A DNA stretch of 50,861 nucleotides, the filler included, from Streblomastix strix (taxonomy: Eukaryota), in the NCBI GenBank assembly GCA_008636045.1. It is 2 parts of 2 records of this genome, joined end to end, with 100 filler letters (N's around TTAATTAATTAA, not from the genome) between each part and the next. Parts side by side here need not be neighbours in the genome. Positions count along the whole stretch, not along the records: positions 25,493 to 50,861 come from SNRW01000202.1; 1 more part is not named here. One strand, 5' to 3'. Below, in pieces: positions 40,419 to 50,861 of this stretch. A program made the position numbers and the translations under genes. Positions within the stretch are counted from its first letter, which is position 1. Each line of letters opens with the position of its first letter. Under the pieces are notes generated by a model that was given only the letters and a program-made list of their open reading frames with translations, searched no databases and was not told where the DNA came from.

Positions 40419-42097
40419 GAAGAAGAAGAAGATATGAATTAAGTTGGAGATTAGGATAAAGATTCAGATTATTAATAAGACGATAATGAAGATGAAGGAG
40501 AATGAGATTAATATTATAATTAAGTATACGATGTAAAAGAAGATAATGAGTGAGTTTATATATCATTATGGAGTCCATATTAGAATGGATAAAATATAGA
40601 AAATAAACGATTAATAATTACATTCAATATCTCTGCTTATTACAATAATAATATATCTTCTTCTACTTATTATGACTTTTAAACTTTTTATTCTTTTTCT
40701 TTCTCCTTAATCTTTGATACTTACAATTCTTTCTTCTTTAAAATTTAATCATCAATTGAAGTTATAATCTTCTTTAATTTGCCAAATGTATCAATATTAT
40801 TAATATTATCTATTGATTAAAGTTACTGCGATTAGTTTGAATTAAATTTACTATTCTAATTTTCTATCAGAACAATCTCATTAAAACCAAATATATTATT
40901 ATTTCTTATTTAATACTTTGAGGATGAATGTAAATCATTCTCTTAACTTTCATCGTTAAATATATCAAAAAGATTTGAAGGAAGACTAATAAGATTATTT
41001 ATTTAATTATATGCAATTTTTATTGTATTTGATGATGATGATAATTGAATGAGATAATGTTATTGTTAGATTGGAATAAAAAATAGGGACATTATTTCTT
41101 ACTTTTATTATTAAATATCTAAATTGCTTTAATATATAATAGTCCCTTCAGTCAGAATAGTTATTAGCTCCATTGATGTCTGAATAAATGTCTTAATTAA
41201 TTCTTAATCTGTTTCTAATTAATTCTATAACTATTATTCTAATTTTTCTTCAATCCCAAACATTAAATATAAAGATCCAATCAAAATTGGAAGAATATTC
41301 TTTTAGTGCATCAAGTGCCATTCAAGATGGCCAGATCCATTATTATTATTATTTTCTGATTCATTCACAGAAATGAAAAATAAATTTTCATTATTATCTT
41401 ATTATTAATCTCTTAAATATTCATTTGTCTTTATTTCATTACTTGATAATTAAGATATAAATTCTGTAAATATAAAAATTCTTGGTATATGATGATAAGC
41501 ACTTTAATTAGTTAAAGCAAGTTCGTTTTTCTAAATTTAATCAATATCTATTTTATATTCGGTTTCAAATTTACTCTTATTTAAATTGAATTAATCATTT
41601 CTTTGCTATTTCTTTCTTTAAAATGATGAAAAATCTTTAGAAATGTTAAATTCATTTAATTCTAAGATATCATCATCAATAAAAATAATAATTTCTACTC
41701 CAACTTTAGCATTAATTAATTATTTCATCATTTCCTTGTTTTGTTTACTGACAAATAAAATTCGAGACTAAGTTTGTCTAATAACCTCCAGCAAAGCTTC
41801 AATTCCAAAATTATTGTATGTAGAAACAGGATAATAGCCAAATATAAAACATGCTAAGGAAATATGATGTGTTTCCTTACATGGAGGAGTTAAGATTATT
41901 ACAAACTCACCTGGGTCTATCCCAAATCTTAACAGTGCATTTCCAACATTAGAAATTCTCTCAAAATTATCAATATATCTCTGTGTATTATAATTTTATT
42001 TGTCTTATTAATCAATTTCCCCTATAGAACCCAGACACAATCTTTTATTAATATTTTTTGTTTGATTTGCGATATAGTTAATTATTCTTTAGCGCAT
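25493..42097 (-). CDS. Giant (at least 5,535 aa, 3' partial) apparently intronless protein: degenerate long-chain acyl-CoA synthetase/AMP-binding fold dispersed among Q/S/P- and E/K-rich inserts
   Basis: ATG at 42097 gives MRQRIINY...RLCLGSIGE...YIDNFERISNVGNALLRFGIDPGEFVIILTPPCKETHHISLACFIFGYYPVSTYNNFGIEALLEVIRQTQSRILFVS (LACS N-terminus). The same frame was confirmed at 40352, 35344, 30484 and the contig edge (16,605 nt = 5,535 codons). GWSQSGACG...VQIDRIRH near 30450-30550 matches LACS 'GW.HTGD.G......IIDR.K'. Confidence 0.8.
40352..40417 (-). repeat. (TAA)22 microsatellite encoding poly-Gln within the giant ORF
   Basis: A pure (TTA)22 run on the + strand, in phase as TAA codons with ATG 42097. 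Confidence 0.9.
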
Positions 42098-42221
42098 TTC
42101 TATATTCAACCTAACAGATACAAAAATATGAAAATAAATTCAATAAAATATTTTTTAATAAGATTTGTTATTCGAATTGCTAGAAAAACGAATTTTTATT
42201 TGATAAATAATTTTCTCGCCA

Positions 42222-43082
42222 ATGAAAGATCGACAATTTAATTAGATTATAAAATATATATATGAATAATTTAAAGAGTATTTATTAAATATAGAAATGA
42301 AAATTAAGTCTAGGTTACGTTAGGAAGCAATTTGTATACTATCTTATATTAAATCTTAAATTTGAATTTATAAATTAAAGAATAATATTTATATAATTAA
42401 ATATTTGGTATATTTGAGCGAAAAATATTGAAAAATGTAATGTATAATTTCTTTTTTCTTTTTTAAGTTTTAGGGATAGTAGTGTGACAAATAATGTTGT
42501 ACTCCATTTCATTAATGATGTAATATAACGAGTGAATTCATATATAGATATGGAATAACAAATAGAACTTATTCAAGCAGAGCTTGCTATTGCACATGGA
42601 AAAGTTAATACAGTAGAAGAATACATATAGAAAACACGTACAATGAGTTGGCTCTTACATGCTGATGAGATTGTTGATGAGGCAAACTCAATCGCATAGG
42701 CTTTGTTCAAGAATGGGATTTGAATGTATTAGAAAAGAGGCTTCCAATGATGCGATAAATGCTTCACAACTAAATCAACTCCAAAAACGGATCAAAATTA
42801 ATACCACCCCTTTAAAATACTTATTATGGAATTAATTATTCATCTACACCAAGTATAGAAAACGATTTATTCTTCAATCCTCCAACCGATATAACAATTG
42901 GTAAAGCTAAATTTCCTTTGAACTCATTGGCTTAAACTGGATGGATTGAAGCTAGTTTTGGAATTCGAGAAGAAGGAGAACCTTTAATTATTGTTGGTAA
43001 ATTGCGTATCAAAGCAAGATTGATGAACATTGTAAATGTGTTGGGTTCAAACACATAACTTTCGTCTATTCTTCCTGAATGA
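42222..43082 (+). CDS. Kinesin-3 (KIF1/KIF13/KIF28-type) stalk/tail homology protein with no motor domain; frameshifted or spliced near 42700
   Basis: LLHADEIVDEANSIAQAL is followed, in another frame, by VQEWDLNVLEKRLPMMRQM...NDLFFNPPTDITIGKAKFPLNSLAQTGWIEASFGIREEGEPLIIVGKLRIKARL then TGA at 43080-43082. These resemble kinesin-3 'V.EAN.IA.EL', 'W....+..RL..MR+M' and 'D.F..P....IG.A...L..L'. The 5' exons are uncertain. Confidence 0.55.
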
Positions 43083-43333
43083 GAGAGAAGACAGTTTTAT
43101 ACAAAGTTAATCTAAAAATGGTATTATATTTTATTAATTATTTTTAAAAATAAGAGCGATGAAGAATATTTTGAACTAAGCGCTCATCCACATCATTAGC
43201 GAAAGCTGATATGAAGAGAGAGTGAATGCAGAATCACACTTGATCTCTGAGCTCAAACATTTATTTAAATATTAACCAATTCATTTCATAATTTTATTAG
43301 AATTCATTAATATCATTTATTTTTATTGTTTTT

Positions 43334-45915
43334 TCATTCATTATCAATTTGGCAATAATTTAGAAGAAACATCAGAGATTCATTGAATTAGAAAGATTCA
43401 TTAATGCTCTTAAATTTCATCTGAAATAAAAAGAAATAATATTAATCTTATATATATTCTATCTTCAATAAACAAACCTCAACAAGACATTCACTTAAAG
43501 GAATTCCTGTGTTCTTGAATCCATCAGCTTTTGAATTCAGCTAGACTAGTTTTTAATCATCTTTTGATATTATGCAAAATTAAATTTCATCCAAACTGAC
43601 TGATCCTGTCTGGAATAAAATTAAATTTTATATTAATAATTTTAAGATAAATTTATAATAAAATTAAGATATAAGAATTATACTAACCTATATTACTTTC
43701 TAATTATTACATTTGTATTCCCAAAGAATAGTATTCAAAGCATGATCATACCAAATATAATGTGGTGAAACGTATGAATGAATGCATTTCTTCATTTTTT
43801 AAATATCTGCTTCATTGTCCGAAGCAAAATCAACGTCAATGTCCAATATTTTTGATATTAGATATCCTTCTGAGGCAAGTTTCCTCTATTCTAAAAGAAG
43901 ACGTTCACGTGCCATGTTTAATTCATTATCTGACTATAGTGAGGTTGGTGGGAAAAGAATTGATGGTATTTTGAGATCAATATCATGTTTAATCTTTAGA
44001 AAGTCAATAGCATTCTATAAATCTTACATTCTCTTTTATCGAGAATCGTCACTTTATCCTTGTACTGAATCAGCATTTTTCATTGGCCTTAGTCTTTCTA
44101 AAATAGATTCTGGACTTTCATCCAACAAATCATCATCTTCTGAACTTGATTCTTCATCATTAGATTATTCATCCTGAGGCCAAAGTTGTGTTGTGCTTCC
44201 ATCAAAATTAATTTATGAGTCTTATCTATTGATCCTTTTTCTTTTCCTAATTATTCCACCTGCAAGTCTTCTATGATCTCTAAATTTGACCCAGAAAGGG
44301 AATTCAAATGGAAGATTGTCATGAAGAATCTTTGAGAGCGATATTTCATATTTCTATTCTAATCGTTGTTTCAGAGTTAATCTTATTTTGTTTCGTTATT
44401 TAACATTGTTTTTTTTATCTTTATTTTCTTCTTTTGTTTTCCCTAATTCCTCTTTTGTTTGGTAAAATAACTCTCCTTCTTCTCCATATGGTAAATATTC
44501 ATTATTATCTGCTGGTATTGTGAGTAAACATTTCCCATTGCTTAAACGTCTCCAAATAAAATCAAGTTGAAATAATAAGAAATCGTCATTATCATTGCAG
44601 AATTTAATTGGATCATTATTTTATGCTGTATAAAGAAGTCTATGAACTTATAGACTATGTAAGAAGTATCCTGGTTTAGGAAGATTTCCTCTTCCTTCTT
44701 CCTATTAACGTAATTACACCAAATGTTGATTTGACATTGAATATTATGGTGTACGAACCAGCTGCAAATTATCAACGGGTTATAACTTAATTGGAGTCTG
44801 AAATCTAATTGATTAAGATAGATTTATCTGCTTTTGCCTTTTCAAAGTAGGAAATTATTCTTGATATTTTTCTGTTTTTTCATTCTTCTATTTCTAAATA
44901 GAAATTTCCCCTGATAGCACTTTTGGAGGAGCTTACGACATGAATTCACGAGGAGTAAAAAATATAGGAATGCCAAAATGGTGCTTGAAACTGATTAATG
45001 CATTGGTTATATTATTTATTCTCTCGTCTGTTGACTAAGGCCATGCAACAACACAACGCACTGCTTATTTGAGTTAATTAAGATCATTCATATCTTAACC
45101 AATTTATTAGTAAGAATCTTCATCATCAAATAGACTGGCTCTGCTGTTTGTATTACTAAGTTATTTCTCTTTCTCTTTTCCTTGCAGCATTAACCATTCA
45201 ATCCCTCCTCCATATGCAAGACAAACACACATCAATATCACTCCATCTGAAAAAATAACTTTTCTCAGATGGCTTCTATTTCTGAAATGTAGATCATTGG
45301 GTAGTCGAATGCCAAATTAAGCCATAACTTATCTGAACCAATTAAACATAGCTTTTGCTCTCCCCCAAAGATTGCGCATTACAAATACATCAAACATCTT
45401 CTTAATCAAAGATGGTATTATCACATGGTCATTAACACTCTGTACTTCATCAACTGTTGGCATCATTCCCATTGTAGGCATATAATCCCATACAATTTCT
45501 AATGCTCTTTAAATTTGTTATTTGCGAAGTTATTTTGCTTTAAAATGATGGTGAAGCTTTTTATTACTCATATTAAAATAATGCTTACTCCCAGTTTCGT
45601 TTCTATCTTAACCACTCAATGTCTCAGCCATTTAAAGGAAATGCTCTCCAGCTCTAAAAAGTGTGTAGATGTTCTCAGATTGATCTACATGAAGTAGAGC
45701 GCGCGCCCATCGAAAAAGCTTTAAATTAAATTAAAATAAAATAACATAAAAATAATTTCATACAAGAAGTAATTTCGTCTCCGCTAAATAAATTTAAAAT
45801 AAAAAGTTGAAAGAAAATATTAATAATAAAAATATAAATGATTTAATAAAAATTAAAAAATACAGATTTAAAGCTCGACTGCCACTTTTTGTGATGTTCG
45901 TTCTTTTCTATTCAT
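43334..45915 (-). CDS. Tandem calponin-homology (actin-binding-domain-like) protein with a C-terminal PH-like domain
   Basis: CH1 reads LFRWARALL...IYTLFRAGEHFLQMAETLSG...QIQRALEIV. CH2 reads AKAMFNWFRQVM...FSDGVILMCVC...RINNITNALISFKHHFGIPIFFTPREF...FLLFQLDFIW. The C-terminus reads HYIWYDHALNTILWEY|TGSVSLDEI...LVE|MKFKSINESFQFNESLMFLL. Four GT-AG introns; TGA at 43336-43334. Confidence 0.7.
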
Positions 45916-46401
45916 TTATGTAGTCTGAAATATGACATACAAATTAAATATATATAATATTATGAATTAAAACTTAATAAATAATGTGTTTAATACTGAA
46001 TATTTTAAAATTTTATACTTTCATAACATCAATTTCCTAGAATCGATCAATTTTTTGTATTTAATATTTGTGCTGTATTTAATCGGAGAATTGATGTATT
46101 TAGTGGAATTAATATAAAAATGTAATTTATACTTGTGATCTATGTATAAATGAATATGATTTATCTACTAATATTATGCTGGCAACCGTCCAAACATTTT
46201 TTTTCTTTATCCACATCAAATATTTTAGTTAATTTTATTAATTTTTACAAATATATCATAGCACTTGAATTTAATGTGAAAAATAATATAAAATATCTAA
46301 AATTATACACCAAAACCAAATTTTTTAGGATTTTTCGTCTTATTAACTCAACTATTGCTTAATTTACTTATTTATTAATATTTATTTTTTCCAACAGCAA
46401 A

Positions 46402-48150
46402 ATGAAGAAAAATATAGAGAGAAGCGATCAATCTGATCCTTTTATAGAAGATGAAAAAGATTCACTTTCCAGTTTCCTCAGTGAATTAGAGAACGACTAG
46501 CCTTAAGATATTTACAACTAAGACTTTGATGATATTTCCTATTAAAATGATCTTTATTTGGGGAAGCGCGTTAGAAAACCTGTGCAAGATGACTAATTTA
46601 TTTTTGGAGAACAAATTGATTCTATATCCAGAGAGAGAAGGTCAAAACCATAAAATTCAAGATCCTAAAACAACTAGATAACTTCACGGTAAAATAAACC
46701 ACCAAGAATTTTGTAGGCTGAAATCAATCAAGAATAAGCTATGTGCGATAATGTGATCAAGGCTATGTAAAATGTCCTAGCATAAGCATTTGATAGGGCT
46801 GTATAGTACGTTGAAAACTTACAGAACAATACTTCAAGTAACACAGAGACTGGTTTTGATAATGCAACACTAAGAAAAATATCAGCAATAATCATCTAAT
46901 AATCATAATCTTCACCCGAGAAAAAACAATAAGATTTGAAAAGTCTTGCTGAATCCATTGAACGAGGAATGCTTAATATATGTTAAAGTGCTCTTTCAGC
47001 AACATATAAAGAAAAATATCGGTAGATACGTTTCAATTTAGGAGATGAAAAAAACAAAACCTTTCGTTTAACAGTATTTGGGAATCTTATTAGAGGGGAA
47101 GACATTGCAAAATTAGATTCATGGTAGATGGCATCAGCAGATATGGTTAAGACAAGAATGGCAATTGAAGAACAAGGTACTCTTCGTACAATCAAAAGAG
47201 ATGAAGATGATATAAATACAACTTTATTAATGGGTGAAGATGAAGCATCTAAGAGAACTGAATCAGATAATGAGAATAATAAAAGATAAGATATTGTTGA
47301 CAATAAATCTAAAGAAATAACAAAGAAAAAGAAATAACAAGTCAAATCTTCAGTTTCATCTTAACCAAGGAAAGAAATTAATCAAAGTACAACAAAGTAA
47401 TATCATGTTGAAAATGGGAAAGAATAAAAATCAACTATATCTCACACCTAAGTACCTTTAGAAGAAGTTAGTGTAATGGATTTAATAAAACCAGAAATTT
47501 CTACATAGGATTCTAGACGAAATAAATTAATAACTTCTGAACAAATTGTTTAAGATTAACATCGCAATCCTCAATAATTAACAAATGATATTCAAACTCG
47601 TGGTAAACAAGTATTGTAATAAAGGAGATATACATTTACTTATTCTCAACCATTCATTTCACTCAGACTTGGACTACCTATACTAAAGCCAGTCACTATT
47701 CAACTGAGAAAGATTATGGGACAATTTGAATAATAAAATTAATTTCCAAGATAAGCATAACTACTTGAGACAAGGGAAACTGATTTAATTCTATAAACAT
47801 TAGCTGATTAATTCACTGCCAAAGAATCAACTTTTAAATGTTCTCTAATTTTAGTAGAATGTCAAGACAGGGCAGATACAAGACGCTTTAAAGCAATTTG
47901 TGAATATCTTGGTCAACACAACCTATGCTCTGAAATTATGTTTAGAGGAGCTGCAATATCTGAAGCACAATAACCACCAAAAATTAACAGCGATAGATTG
48001 TATTTAGCTCCTCCATTCTTGTTTCCTTCTCTTCCTTCATAAATCAGAGCTTTCTTGCAGACTGAAGCAGCTTCACTTACAATGACGAACGGAATAAACT
48101 CTCTTTATCCACTTTCCATGTTAGGAATATATTTTTATAATTAAGGCTGA
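46402..48150 (+). CDS. TFIIS central-domain + SPOC-domain protein (Bye1/PHF3/DIDO/SPOCD1-like, no PHD seen), 582 aa, intronless
   Basis: The 1,749-nt frame runs from ATG to TGA. LAESIERGML...YKEKYRQIRFNLGDEKNKTFRLTVFGNLIRGEDIAKLDSWQMAS is a TFIIS_M domain. RRFKAICEYLGQHNLC...DRLYLAPP is SPOC-like. Confidence 0.8.
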
Positions 48151-48227
48151 GAGTAAAATATAATAAAATATCGCTCTTTCCAGTCTTTATTATTATTATT
48201 ATTATATTCACAAAGTATTTTTGATTA

Positions 48228-48892
48228 TCAAAAGGCATATTGCTTTTGATCGCTTACTATTGCAGTAGGGATCTGTTGAGCTTTAGGAGCTGATGGTAAA
48301 GGTACAGCCATGCGACTTTACATATCTGCAAACTATCCTTGCAATTATAAGTTCTACTATGCTGCTACTTCAACAATAAGGTTGTCTACATCATTCTAAG
48401 TGGAAGCAATTTATAAGAATTTCTATAATAAATAAAAGAGATTATTAATACTTTATTAATCATTCCATCAGTCGCATCTTTCATCGAATTATCAATTAAA
48501 TCGATTTGAATCCCCATTTTGTCCATATTCTATTAGAATTGTTCCATAGATCTATTCACATTCCCAATGTCTGCATCATTGACTTAGTCTTTTAAAATAC
48601 ATGTCAATCTATCAAGTTGGTCTACTGTCGTTCTAAATTATTAATCCATCTCTATTTTATCAGCCAAAGCATCAAGATATGCTGCTTATCGATAAAATAG
48701 TCTCATCGCATTTAAATTTCTAACTGAATTCTCTCCATGAACCTATGCTCCATAAATGTTGTTTTCCCTCACGGCTTTTATAATTTTCTCTTTCTCTTGG
48801 TTTGCTTTCTTTTGCATCATAACAGCCTTTCTTTCTAATCCTTTCTTTGCAATCCGAAGGTCAAAAATAACTTCATCAATACGTTTTGGCAT
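48228..48892 (-). CDS. CHMP1: ESCRT-III subunit CHMP1/Did2/Vps46 (Snf7 family)
   Basis: Reads MPKRIDEVIFDLRIAKKGLERKA...EKEKIIKAVRENNIYGAQVHGENSVRN...AAYLDALADKI...MEQFQQNMDKM...QNDVDNLIVEVA. One 29-nt intron at 48423-48451; TGA at 48230-48228. Confidence 0.85.
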
Positions 48893-49719
48893 TTCTTTTT
48901 ATATAGTTGGCTAAAAGATAAATAATGAAAAATTGTTAAATTAATTTAGTCAATAAACATTAAATCAATTATATATGTGATAGAAAATGTGCTATTTATT
49001 AAAATTATAAAGATTTCAATGTGAATTGATAATTAAAACAGTATTTATTTGATGTAGTTTAAGAAATAGTTTCTGAAAAAAATTTAGAAGAACTAAATGA
49101 AAATTATAAATTTATAATAGTATGATCATTTTTTATTGGGCATTCAATGTTTATTGGACATTTATTTAAACTGTATAATAATCTACTTCAAGCTAGAAAT
49201 TTATTTTTAGTTAAATTTGTTTTGTACAAGTCGTTTAGAGATGAAATTGGAAATTATATTAATAAACTTAATATAAACTTAAATATTAATAAAAAATCTT
49301 AGATTAAAAAGGTAACAGGTCTATCCCTGGTAAGTTTTGTTTTTTTAAATAATAAAAATATATTAAAATATAGTAATTATTATCATGATATTAAAATTAA
49401 ATGATTAAAATATATTAATCAAACTTAAAATGTTTTGATGTTGATCTAGCAAAATTTTCTATTTTCACTGATTTCTGCAGCTTCGTAAGTATAAACATAC
49501 TGTGTATGTAAATAATTCAATATATTTCTTAACATAAACACATTTACTAATAATGTCATATTTAACTATACTCAGTACATGAAATGAAAACAAAAATACG
49601 TAAATTTTTTATTACAATATCATCAACGCTTATTTTAATTTCCATCAGCAAATAAACAATTATTTTATAATTAATTTTTGTTATTTTTCTTGCCATTTTT
49701 TATCAAATAGCCCTGATAG

Positions 49720-50713
49720 ATGTCATTCTTCAAGAAAAAAACTGTGGATCCTTCTCTTGACCCATACGAATCAATGTCTGATAACGAGATAAATTAAAAA
49801 TATGAGGAGGTTTTGGTATGAACTAGATAACTTTTATTTTCAAGAACTAATTATTTCTTTAGAAAGAGCTACTATTTCCTCCTGATAAAATTCAACAAAT
49901 GATATAAGTACAGAAGCGATAGGGCAAAATAATTATGATAAAATCTAAAGCATAACAACCAAAAGGCAGCACTCCAATTATTATTATAAAAAATCTTCGA
50001 TCTGGTTTGACAAAAGAACACATACAAGAAATGCGTGTTTGCTTGAGTATGGCAGACGAATCGTGGCTACGTGAATTTCTCAACTTGAATGGAGTGCAGT
50101 CAATTATGGAAGCTATAAATTCTATAATTAACTTACCTTAAATATCTAATCTTAATATGGAACTATTGGAAGAATGTGCGATGTGTTACAAGGCTATGAT
50201 GAATAATTCAGTTTGCTTTATATTTTAATAATTAATTTATTGTATTCTCTATATTAATTAGATTGGAATTAAAGGGGTTGTAGACTATCCAGGTTCTATG
50301 AGTCAATTAATTCTTATATTAGATGATTAAAAGTGCAAAGATTAATTTCCTAAGTATTTTGAAGCAGGTACTGTTGTTTTAGATTTGCTTAGTGCCCTTT
50401 GCCTTATTCCAGAAGAGATTCTAGAAAATGGATAAAAGTTTTTAGTTTTATTTATTAATTAGTTATTATTAATACTATTTGTTACTTTGCTAGAATTGTG
50501 TTAGATGCAATAGATTATCTGAGGTATATAACACGTGAATCACTTCGCTTTTAAGGTCTTATCCAACAATTAGGAATGGAAGGAACACCTGAAAGTTTCA
50601 AAGCTAAGATTGTAGCTCTTATTAATGTGATTTTATGTAAGAATGAATATAGCCATTAAAGAATTAAACTGAGAATGGAATTTAATCAATGTGGACTTGA
50701 TAAGATTATTACA
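49720..50713 (+). CDS. Diaphanous-related formin, N-terminal GBD/FH3 region (3' partial; continues beyond the window)
   Basis: Reads EINQKYEEVL|KELLFPPDK...MRVCLSMADESWLREFLNLNGV...CYKAMMNNS|IGIKGV...VLDLLSALCL...VLDAIDY...RFQGLIQQL...LINVIL...RIKLRMEFNQCGL, the typical Drf_GBD and FH3 motifs. GT-AG introns are present. Confidence 0.85.
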
Positions 50714-50732
50714 GTTTATGATTTTTACATTT

Positions 50733-50861
50733 ATTTGTATTGATTTATATTTGTATTGATTCATATTTGTATTGATTTATATTTGTATTGATTTATATTT
50801 GTATTGATTTATATTTGTATTGATTTATATTTGTATTGATTTATATTTGTATTGATTTATA
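50733..50861. repeat. Intronic minisatellite, about 8 copies of 16-bp ATTTGTATTGATTTAT, running to the window end
   Basis: Direct inspection; it follows the intron donor at 50714. Confidence 0.9.

Noticed and set aside
16494..48150. Apparent Pol II CTD-related cluster (FCP1-like motif, cyclin, TFIIS-M/SPOC)
   Set aside because: The SPOC gene lies across the artificial linker, and the cyclin is PHO80-type rather than a CTD-kinase cyclin.
49305..49500. Higher-GC patch TAACAGGTCTATCCCTGG resembling an rRNA/snRNA fragment
   Set aside because: The match is too short with no surrounding structure. Nearby GTAAGT donors and a TGCAG acceptor suggest 5' UTR exons of the formin instead.
50733..50861. 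Terminal repeat as a possible telomere
   Set aside because: The 16-bp unit is G-poor and begins just after an intron donor in an unfinished formin gene.

Overview
AT-rich eukaryotic (protist) DNA with short spliceosomal introns and a non-standard nuclear genetic code. TAA and TAG read as Gln, and every complete gene model ends in TGA (translation table 6), so the supplied standard-code ORF track is largely misleading. The code, intron density and expanded NEK/ARM-like/SPRY families suggest an oxymonad such as Streblomastix; this is inference, and a ciliate is not excluded. The window joins two sequences across an artificial N44-TTAATTAATTAA-N44 linker (25393-25492). The left part holds the 3' end of PARG, a large RRM + ARM-like gene containing a fossil NEK kinase domain, an intact NEK kinase with triplicated ARM-like modules, a SPRY-like gene, an FCP1-N-terminal-motif protein and a PHO80/Pcl-type cyclin. 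These are followed by a cluster of decayed mobile elements (tyrosine recombinase, rve-type integrase, unknown ORFs). The right part holds an apparently intronless ORF of at least 5,535 codons, in which a degenerate long-chain acyl-CoA synthetase fold is scattered among huge low-complexity inserts. After it come a motor-less kinesin-3 tail, a tandem-CH + PH-like protein, a TFIIS-M/SPOC protein, CHMP1 and the 5' part of a GBD/FH3 formin. All translations, splice sites and family calls were made by eye with no database search, so exon boundaries should be confirmed with RNA-seq.
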